A stretch of DNA of 64,000 nt from Candidatus Shapirobacteria bacterium. GTDB lineage: Bacteria > Patescibacteriota > Microgenomatia > UBA12405. Location: the NCBI GenBank assembly GCA_041665485.1, contig JBAYIT010000002.1, positions 197,867 to 261,866 of the forward strand. Reading direction: 5' to 3'. The notes under the pieces were generated by a model. That model made no database searches. It had not been told where the DNA came from and saw nothing but the letters and a program-made list of their open reading frames with translations. Within the stretch, counting starts at the first letter, position 1. Every line of letters starts with the position of its first letter. Of this stretch, positions 11,801 to 18,578 are shown one piece after another. Both the position numbers and the translations under genes were made by a program.

Positions 11801-13767
11801 GAACTGCCGTTCCAATATTTCCAAGTGTTGCCGGACTCACAAGCTGTTCCCTGCCCGACACTTTTATTATCACTTCCAGCCGCGCCCAAATCATCGGTAC
11901 ATAATTGGTATTTGATGGTGGAGTTGCCAGTATGAGTGGCATCAGCCGTACAAACTGAACCAACCAGAGTTCCTTCACACAAATTGTCCCAGGTATTAAC
12001 CAGACCATTAAAATAACCGTCTTTATTGAAAACACTGTAGGTGCCTTGTTTTATCAAAGTCAGCTCATCAACTTTAACGGATTTGCCTCTTTTGACCAAA
12101 ACTCCGGCATCAACTGCGCTGTTAACACCGGTAACCGTGCCGGTTAATTTGTACCAGTTGCCGGTAACCGAAGTGTATGTGGGGCTGGTGATGGTGTTGC
12201 CGCCGTAATAAAGAGTAGCCACGGTGTCATCAACCACTCCACCAACCGGATCGGAACTCAAGTTATAGACATATGCTGAAATGGTGTAAGGAGCAGTATC
12301 GCCAACATTAACTGATTGATAGAGTTTGCCATCGACAATAGAGCCTATAGTAATTGTATTTCCACCGGCGCCGGGAAACCCGGAACTAGATGAGAAAGAT
12401 TGAGAGATTGCTACGGGACCACTGGCGCAGCGGAAACCAAGACTGTAGGCCGTACCCGTGGGCGCATAGATCAGATGCAAGGCGAACACACCCGCGCCCG
12501 TGGTATCGTTCCAAGCGCTGCCGCGTAAGAACGCGAAATTAGTGCCGTTTGTTCGAGCCCCCATATAATATTTACCCATGCCTTGAGCAGAGCCCCATGC
12601 AGTATTAGATGGCCTTAAAAGATCATAAGCTAAAGTACCGTAGTTACCGGCGCTGTTAAAGTACGGCCAATCAACATAAGCAGCAGTCTGAGCACTATCA
12701 GGTTTATTTTGTCCTAAAATTGAATCATTTGTCCACTCCCAGACGTTACCGGCCATATCCCAAATAATTTGTCCATTTGATAGAGTAAAAGTTCTTTTTT
12801 GTTTGCCTGAAGTATTATCGCAAACTGTTGCCCCTGTGGTTGTTTTATAACAGGCATAGGTGTCGTTGGTACTGGCATCAAGCGCCAGCCCCGTATCACC
12901 GTTTATGGCTTCGCTTACATTATCATTGTGGCCAGAGGCTAGCATGCCGGTTCCCGGCGTATTGCCGCATGGATAAACGCCATAACCGCCAACCGCAGTG
13001 CACCAGTTAGCGCTTTGACCTTCCGCATTGCGGGCAACTGTCATCCATTCGTTATTCGTAATCAGATGAGGGGCAGTAACTCCGACTCCCAATGACATAT
13101 TCGAACAGTAGCTTTCCGCATCGTTGGCGGTGCTGTCGTTTTGAGGAATATAGGCGATAGGAAAACCTTGGGCAGTTGAAACAACATGTTTTGCCCCAGT
13201 ACTATTACTACAGCTACATCCAGCTCCATTATTTCGGTACGTTCCGTATTGATCTCCCGTGCCATCTGCACCTGCCGAGCCATTACAGACATTACCTGAA
13301 GCGACCGTATTTCCCACATTGTCGCCGTCAGTGTCGCATTTGGCTTCATATTTCATTGCCAAAAAATTACCAGTAGGAGGATTATAGGTTGCGTTGGCGG
13401 GTACTTCTACCCAGCCGGAAGGGGGAACCGCGGCCACACTCCAAGAATCAGCATTATCTGTAAAGGCCGGATTAGCGAATTTATTAGCGCCAACTGTTCC
13501 GCCCGTTGGCTGTGCACCAGTATCATTAACCGTGGTTAAACTGGTCGTGTAGTCTGAAGCGGTCGCGCTTGAGAATGTCCATTCTTTTTTGCTGTCATTT
13601 AGGGCAAATACATTGGGAAATAGTTCTGATAAAGCCAGATAGGAACCGCCAAAAAGTCCGATTGTAATAAACAATATAGCCAACAGGTTAAACTGAAACC
13701 TGGAAAAATGAAATCGCGGCTCAAAGAAATACTTTTTAATGTTATGAATTAGGTTCATGTTGGTCAA
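8887..13767 (-). CDS. 1626-aa surface protein, DGR target: N-terminal TM/signal, FGE-type C-type-lectin domain with VR, multiple FN3/Ig-like repeats
   Basis: DMAGNVWEW and RGSAW...GFRCA motifs; Ser/Thr-rich beta-sandwich repeats (LTGLNPGTTYYYK); contains the VR matching TR. Confidence 0.9.
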   Translation of the reverse strand: MTNMNLIHNIKKYFFEPRFHFSRFQFNLLAILFITIGLFGGSYLALSELFPNVFALNDSKKEWTFSSATASDYTTSLTTVNDTGAQPTGGTVGANKFANPAFTDNADSWSVAAVPPSGWVEVPANATYNPPTGNFLAMKYEAKCDTDGDNVGNTVASGNVCNGSAGADGTGDQYGTYRNNGAGCSCSNSTGAKHVVSTAQGFPIAYIPQNDSTANDAESYCSNMSLGVGVTAPHLITNNEWMTVARNAEGQSANWCTAVGGYGVYPCGNTPGTGMLASGHNDNVSEAINGDTGLALDASTNDTYACYKTTTGATVCDNTSGKQKRTFTLSNGQIIWDMAGNVWEWTNDSILGQNKPDSAQTAAYVDWPYFNSAGNYGTLAYDLLRPSNTAWGSAQGMGKYYMGARTNGTNFAFLRGSAWNDTTGAGVFALHLIYAPTGTAYSLGFRCASGPVAISQSFSSSSGFPGAGGNTITIGSIVDGKLYQSVNVGDTAPYTISAYVYNLSSDPVGGVVDDTVATLYYGGNTITSPTYTSVTGNWYKLTGTVTGVNSAVDAGVLVKRGKSVKVDELTLIKQGTYSVFNKDGYFNGLVNTWDNLCEGTLVGSVCTADATHTGNSTIKYQLCTDDLGAAGSDNKSVGQGTACESGNTWKYWNGSSWVVAGATDGNTAAQLMDAQNPIMQHASLIATSHKISVKAIFNSESADVPKLPHISVGFTTDTNPPNVANGGSNASTILMSRSNGGTTVASNGWTNNPSPYFSWTAGADNPNESGVKGYCLSLSLDNNGDDIPDNDPATAKGLLSTSPVPTDGTTCQFIVTGTSIDLASHFTTPLSTSPKSYLFAVKVVDKSGNIFAGNSATFKFRYDDTRPLNTAYISCASGSFSNVADMNFSWPTTDSVASSDTVTEVVGSGILGWQYQINTTTGTWLGTTTEALVGINNYVPTSATSRTLTQAQDGKSDSLPHGIDSGNNIIYFRTVDIAGNISTDATIRTCNLNYGGAAPAFDGLATVTVTPSTSTSNSYALSWPEATPTNGKTVAHYYYMINTSPPSTLATLQGNATTYIDNGTSRTVSAAALPGVNKGTNTVNVVAIDNASTPNYSPSNYISASFTLDSTDPDNPGNLVASDSSIKSQSQWNVTLTWTAPTYKGAGNLTYLVYRSTDGTTFAQTGTTSGLSYVDNTPTSAKYYYKIYAKDGANAQSSGSNAVSITPTGKWTSAPSLSTGPDVGSITTKKATITWTTSRSSDSKVQYGTTSGSYNTVEPSNSSQVSSHSIQLTGLNPGTTYYYKTKWTDEDGNTGASEEKSFSTSSAPTVKDVSAKNIGLTTAIIQFTSNNASKIKIYYGTTTSFGGAKEISTSTTETTYTAELTGLLDGTKYYYKINTFDSESSEYEGTILDFTTLPRPKISNVRIQQVANTAQSTLLVTWITNTEVSSIVTYYPEGNSADARDEVNVALTKGDHRMIIRGLLPQTNYIMVVRGRDKIGNEAASDSQRLTTATDTRPPQVLELHVEGATIPPTASTAQESTAQLIVSWNTDEPATSQVEFGEGTGTTYSQKTQEDTNLTINHLVIISNLTPAKVYHVRSTSKDKVGNVGNSIDTVTITPKATDNALNLVITNLQQAFGFMGGTNK
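12371..12383 (-). other. Candidate DGR homing hairpin downstream of VR, embedded in coding sequence
   Basis: CCGGG-AAA-CCCGG, about 37 nt 3' of the VR on the coding strand. Confidence 0.45.
12420..12535 (-). repeat. DGR variable repeat (VR)
   Basis: Ungapped 116-bp match to 15381-15496 with 16 mismatches, all at coding-strand adenines of TR. Confidence 0.97.
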
Positions 13768-14009
13768 TTCAGTTACATATAAATGTAACTGCTATCAGTA
13801 TGGCAAATTATCAATGTATATTCAATAGCATTTGAGATATCTACTCATCCCGACTTCTCCCTTTTTTGAGGTTGATAAATAATGTCTAAAAGACTAAAAA
13901 GACATTTGCAAATTTTTTCTGGCTTGCCATTTCTTTTTAACCCCCATATCTTCCCCTCGTGTTACAGATTCAGCATAACAAATAGCTGATCAAAACTAAA
14001 GGTGTGTTT

Positions 14010-15167
14010 TTAAGAAATAAATAAAAACCAGAGTATTATTGAGAACAACTTAAGTTGTTCATTAATTTTGGTTTTAATTTTCTCTTTTGATTTAATAATA
14101 GTTTTTTCAGTAGTGATATTTCTTTCAAATAGGTTTTTTTCTAACCCATAAGCATTGGCACGTTTTAGGTGCCCCCGAATCGAGCTGTAAGTTGCCTCAA
14201 GTTTATGCTCCTCGCCGTTCTTTAAGTTTTCATTTCTTCTCAACTTCAGCTTTTGTCTCATTCTTAAAAGTGTCTTCCCTCTAACAAGGACATGATCATA
14301 GAAAATAAGGTAGCCGACAAACGGTATCCCGCTTTTGACATTTTGGATTATGACTTTTTTAGGATGAAGACTAAGATGTAAATGACATTCCAAGAATGAT
14401 TTAAAATCCTCTTTAGTCTGTTTCAAATATTCTTTGTCAGAGTCAATAACCAAAAAGTCATCCATGTAGCGGGCATACCATCTGATATGTAAGGTTTCTT
14501 TGGCAAAATGATCAAGCTCGTTAAGATAAATATTGGCAAACAGTTGACTGGTTAAATTACCAATCGGTACACCCCGGCGCAGATCCGGATTAACCACATC
14601 TTCCGGTGCTTCAATCGGGCGGCCCTTGATATTAAAACATTTATGTTTAGTGATAATTTTTTCAATGAGCCTCTTTGTCTTATCACAAGGCACGGTTTTA
14701 TTGACAAGTGTCAGTAAGACATCCCAGGAAATGCTGGCAAAATATTTTTGAATATCCATCCTCAAACAATAAATTTGCGCGTCCTTTCCGTAAATTGACC
14801 TGGCCGCCTGTAAAAACTTTTTAATTCTGGATAAGCCGAAATGGGTGCCTTTATTCTTTCGGCAAGCGAAAGAATCGTAAATAAATTTTGATTCAAAAAG
14901 GGGCTCGATCCGAGAAACTAAAGAATGTTGGAGCACTCGGTCGCGAAATGCCGGTGCCGCCACCTTTCTTAGTTTAGGATCAGATACGGTAAAACAAACA
15001 TAGGATGAAGGTAAATAAGTCTCCAGTATTAATTCCCGTTGTAATTTAAACAAGTTGCTTTCCAGAAAAAAGCCATAATTGACGATATTACTTTTATACC
15101 GTTTGCATTTTCTGGCTGCCTGGTAGGCTGATAGCAGGTTGTTAAAATCATAGATTTCTTCATACAT
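14010..15167 (-). CDS. DGR reverse transcriptase
   Basis: RDRVLQH, GVPIGNLTSQ and YMDD motifs; 385 aa with no maturase or endonuclease domain; adjacent to TR and avd. Confidence 0.96.
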   Translation of the reverse strand: MYEEIYDFNNLLSAYQAARKCKRYKSNIVNYGFFLESNLFKLQRELILETYLPSSYVCFTVSDPKLRKVAAPAFRDRVLQHSLVSRIEPLFESKFIYDSFACRKNKGTHFGLSRIKKFLQAARSIYGKDAQIYCLRMDIQKYFASISWDVLLTLVNKTVPCDKTKRLIEKIITKHKCFNIKGRPIEAPEDVVNPDLRRGVPIGNLTSQLFANIYLNELDHFAKETLHIRWYARYMDDFLVIDSDKEYLKQTKEDFKSFLECHLHLSLHPKKVIIQNVKSGIPFVGYLIFYDHVLVRGKTLLRMRQKLKLRRNENLKNGEEHKLEATYSSIRGHLKRANAYGLEKNLFERNITTEKTIIKSKEKIKTKINEQLKLFSIILWFLFIS

Positions 15168-15185
15168 ATTGATTCAACAAAAAGC

Positions 15186-15207
15186 GGGCCGGTTGTTAAG
15201 CCGGCCC
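15186..15207 (-). other. GC-rich stem-loop between TR and the RT start (part of the putative DGR template RNA)
   Basis: GGGCCGG-N8-CCGGCCC inverted repeat. Confidence 0.5.
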
Positions 15208-15380
15208 ACATACACTTAATCAGGTACCTATTTACCTTATCCCTGGTGTTTAATACAAGAATAAGAATACAGGCTTTATGTTCTCCCGCCATAAGCAGGA
15301 CAGAGAAAACCTGGTGATCGTTTGGACACCGAGTATATATCCTTGGACATATACCACTCCATCCTGGCGCATTATTTGGT

Positions 15381-15496
15381 CACTGGCGCAGCGGAAACCA
15401 ATATTGTTGTTCGTATTCGTGGGCGCATTGTTCAGATTCAAGGCGAACACACCCGCGTCTGTGGTATTGTTCCAATTGCTGCCGCGTTAGAACGCG
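15381..15496 (-). ncRNA. DGR template repeat (TR)
   Basis: AAC/AAT-rich copy of the VR (frame reads GSNWNNTTDAGVFALNLNNAPTNTNNNIGFRCAS), located between avd and RT. Confidence 0.96.
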
Positions 15497-15561
15497 TTAC
15501 GGTTTTCCCTAAGTATTTAGAATAACAGAATTTAACTTTTTATGCAGGGTTATCTGGCAGC

Positions 15562-15903
15562 TTAGTTTAGGTTTGTCCAACCGTAGAGGATTTTTCCTAT
15601 CTCATTTATTTTTTCAGCAGCATGTTTGTATTGGATAATACTCATGAAGTGAAGATCTTTTGTTAAACGGATAAGAATTCTTAGTTCATCCAGTTGATCG
15701 GACATTTGAAGTTGAATAACCTTTCTGGTGTTGTCCCTAATTTTATTAGCTTGAACCGAAGAAAGTAAAATCTTTAATCCCAACTCTTCCAAATGTTTCC
15801 CCAAAACCAGCCGATGACTTTTAGGAATCCTATTTATCAATGGATACAGCCAAAGGAGAAAGTCGTAAATTTTCTGGAAAATGATAAGTTTTTCGGCACC
15901 CAT
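15562..15903 (-). CDS. avd: DGR accessory variability determinant (Avd, four-helix bundle)
   Basis: Basic 113-aa helical protein ending EIGKILYGW, immediately upstream of TR-RT. Confidence 0.9.
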   Translation of the reverse strand: MGAEKLIIFQKIYDFLLWLYPLINRIPKSHRLVLGKHLEELGLKILLSSVQANKIRDNTRKVIQLQMSDQLDELRILIRLTKDLHFMSIIQYKHAAEKINEIGKILYGWTNLN

Positions 15904-16022
15904 GTTTCCAGTGTAGTCCCTTGTAAGAAAAATTCCTATGTCTAATTAAAAGAACTAAAAACAAACGATCTTCACTCTTCGAGTGGCGCTTGAAGCGCCG
16001 CGATTAAAAATTTAGAAAGGGA

Positions 16023-16853
16023 TTAAAAACTAACTTCTCTACCAACTTCACCTTCAAAACTATTGGCATAATTTAACAATTGCCCATGGCTGTTAAAAGC
16101 TATTTGGATGATTAGCTGTCTCATATCCTCATAGGTTTTATAACATGGCGTCCCGTCTGCCTGGTAATAAATACCTTTGGTATCTTTAGCAATGTCTTTG
16201 CTACAGGTAACCGATGGCGGATCAAGCTTAACAATTTGTTTTGCTCCCTTCCATGTAAAAAAGTAATTAGTGACTTTTTGACCTGTTTCTAACGTGTATT
16301 GGCCAATATTGATATTTCCCAAAGCCAAACTGTGGTTAGTGATAAAACTTTTTGCCAAGTCTTCTGCTTCTTTAGCAGACAGAACTTTAGCAACGGTTTC
16401 AAATTCCTGGATATTGGCGGAAACGACATGATTAGTCTGGGGATTAACCAACAAGGTGTTTAAGCCAACAGTATAAGTTTCGGATCGGGCTGGTACCAAT
16501 TTATTATTTGTTGCGTCATAAAAAGCGTCACTACACTGATATTTCACTTCAACCGTTGGTTTATCCAAAAAGTTTCTAATGGCGGTAATGGCCCGATTTT
16601 GTTCTGCTGCTGTCCGGGCAGTTAACTGGCAGATTTCTTTCCTGGCAGCTTGAGCACTCTTTTCGTCTGGATATCCGGCTGAACTTAAACTATTTTCGGT
16701 TAATTCTTTAATTCTTTTTAGATTGAGCTCTTGAGTAGAGACTAATTTTACGTTTTTAAATTCTCTATTAAATATTTTGTAAACGCCAATAGATACAAAG
16801 ATGATTAGGATTAACCCGAGTATTAGTCTCGTCCGTATAAAGTTTTTCTTCAT
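16023..16853 (-). CDS. Membrane-anchored extracellular hypothetical protein (paralog of 30826-31557)
   Basis: N-terminal TM; shared motifs AIRNFL/AIRSFM, LSAKEAEDLA/LTKTQAETIA, IIQIAF/IIRISF. Confidence 0.7.
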   Translation of the reverse strand: MKKNFIRTRLILGLILIIFVSIGVYKIFNREFKNVKLVSTQELNLKRIKELTENSLSSAGYPDEKSAQAARKEICQLTARTAAEQNRAITAIRNFLDKPTVEVKYQCSDAFYDATNNKLVPARSETYTVGLNTLLVNPQTNHVVSANIQEFETVAKVLSAKEAEDLAKSFITNHSLALGNINIGQYTLETGQKVTNYFFTWKGAKQIVKLDPPSVTCSKDIAKDTKGIYYQADGTPCYKTYEDMRQLIIQIAFNSHGQLLNYANSFEGEVGREVSF

Positions 16854-16900
16854 AACAATATATTACGCCTTTTTAAGTATTTATAACTCTTTTTTGATTC

Positions 16901-17120
16901 TTTGTCCTGTCCTGCTTTCTCATTATATGGGGTCCAAACCAGCTATCAAAAGGTGGGTGTTTAAGCCTGTAGAAAAATGCCATTAGGAATAATGCTTATT
17001 ATTTAAGGAATGCATTTTTCTAACAGGCATTAAAATCCTTTTTTCTCAAACTCCGTTTTTCGAAAAAACTTTTGACATCTGTTTTTCACCCCATACCCCT
17101 CTTTCAATGGACAGGACAAA
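16901..17120. promoter_or_regulatory. Nested inverted-repeat structure containing sigma70-like boxes (candidate single-strand, Frpo-like promoter)
   Basis: Arms 16901-16912/17109-17120, 16926-16933/17088-17095 and 16965-16980/17012-17028. Minus strand has TTGATA-N16-TATAAT; plus strand has TTGACA at 17072. Confidence 0.5.
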
Positions 17121-17172
17121 AACATGTCTATCCAGATCATTATTAGTTTTTAAGAAAGGAGGTGAAAAGCGT

Positions 17173-17616
17173 ATGTATGTGCTGCCTAGTTTCAAAGGTT
17201 ACACCGTAGATGAAAGACTGAGCGAATTTCGCAAAGCAAAATACGGTGAAAGTTTAGAGTTTATAAGTTTCAAGAGCATTAAGGGTAAAAACCTGCTCTC
17301 AAAATATAGAAAGGAACAAACTATGATGATACTTACCAAAGAAATAATAAATAAATTGCCACCGCTCTACTCTCAAGAAAATGAGCCGGATCCGATGGTA
17401 ATCTGTAAATTCTTTTTCCCTGATTTCAGCTGGACCTGGTATGTAATCGAGTTTGACGGTAAAGATACCTTCTATGGATTAGTGGACGGCTTTGAGGAAG
17501 AGTTGGGATACTTTACTCTTACTGAACTTCTGGCTAACAGAGGTCAGCTTGGGCTTCCGATAGAACGGGATCGATTCTTTACACCCAAAAGACTATCAGA
17601 AGTCAGAAAGTCCTAA
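17173..17616 (+). CDS. DUF2958-like protein
   Basis: KFFFPDFSWTWYVIE..FYGLVDGFEEELGYF..IERD pattern; strong SD AAAGGAGGTG upstream of ATG 17173. Confidence 0.75.
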   Translation: MYVLPSFKGYTVDERLSEFRKAKYGESLEFISFKSIKGKNLLSKYRKEQTMMILTKEIINKLPPLYSQENEPDPMVICKFFFPDFSWTWYVIEFDGKDTFYGLVDGFEEELGYFTLTELLANRGQLGLPIERDRFFTPKRLSEVRKS

Positions 17617-17620
17617 AACT

Positions 17621-17658
17621 AAACCGCAGGCGAGGGAAACCTTGCTTGCGGTTTTTTT
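17621..17658 (+). terminator. Intrinsic terminator
   Basis: AAACCGCAGGCGAGG-GAAA-CCTTGCTTGCGGTTT followed by a T tract, between convergent genes. Confidence 0.8.
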
Positions 17659-17664
17659 ATAGTC

Positions 17665-18426
17665 CTAATTGATTTCTGCTTTTTTGAACAAGCTGATTTC
17701 CATACCATTTTGATCAATTTGATCTGTAGTAGTTGTGTAGAAATTGGCATTGATACCGCCTTCATCTCTGATATGTCTATAGATATGTTTTTCTATAAAT
17801 GCTCTAGTTAAATCATTCCTACAGATAAAGACGATATTAGTAGGTCTGTCTTCATCATTTTCAAAGTACTCCATAAATTTGTTAATTCTGCCTCTAATGG
17901 CATAGCGAGGCATCTTTTCGCTAAATATCTCCCCGACAAAATGCTCTAAGTGTTTTTCAGCTTTATATACATAGGCAAAATCAGGGAGTAATACCCTGAT
18001 AACTCCGTCTATAGGAAAGTCTTGCTGGGTATAAAATTTAAAATCAGCATGGTCTAAAGTATCAATGTTTAAGAGTTTGAGGTAAATATCCGCGATCAAA
18101 ATTGACTTATCAATAAAGCCGTTTGATCGTCGTTTTTCCTGACGAAATTTTTTTAGTAAGGAAACATTTATATCTTTTAGAGTTTTGAGATATTTAATCG
18201 AGTTAGTTGTTAAGTAGTATTTAGCCGGTAGTGTATTTTTCTGATAAGAGTTGTCGTAGATACGGCCAACATAGTTTTTTGCAGTTAAATCTTTTAGCCA
18301 GACATTGATATTTCGGTGATCTTTATTTTTAAGTAGTTTTTGAATTTGAATTCTATTTAAGAAGCGGAATCTATATAACAAGAGAATAATCTCTTTTTGT
18401 TTATTAGTTATATTAGGTATAGTCAT
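17665..18426 (-). CDS. Replication-relaxation (Replic_Relax) family protein, putative relaxase
   Basis: N-terminal wHTH (LLYRFRFLNRIQIQKLL) and a PD..E nuclease-like C-terminus; directly downstream of the coupling protein. Confidence 0.7.
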   Translation of the reverse strand: MTIPNITNKQKEIILLLYRFRFLNRIQIQKLLKNKDHRNINVWLKDLTAKNYVGRIYDNSYQKNTLPAKYYLTTNSIKYLKTLKDINVSLLKKFRQEKRRSNGFIDKSILIADIYLKLLNIDTLDHADFKFYTQQDFPIDGVIRVLLPDFAYVYKAEKHLEHFVGEIFSEKMPRYAIRGRINKFMEYFENDEDRPTNIVFICRNDLTRAFIEKHIYRHIRDEGGINANFYTTTTDQIDQNGMEISLFKKAEIN

Positions 18427-18578
18427 ATTAATTTTTAGTAACCTACCTGTATCCTCCCTTTATTTAGGGAGGAGTGTGTTCTCTCCTTATATATAAGGAT
18501 ATAGAGACTACAGAATATTTATTTATTGCCTTTATATAGCGCTAATATTATATCCTATTATCCCAGCCTGCTGGGATA

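Noticed and set aside
14010-15167. Group II intron or retron RT
   Set aside because: It is short, has the DGR-type IGNLTSQ motif, and sits with avd and a valid TR/VR pair.
15250-15525. Short ORFs over the TR region
   Set aside because: These reflect the TR's homology to the target reading frame and are unlikely to be proteins.
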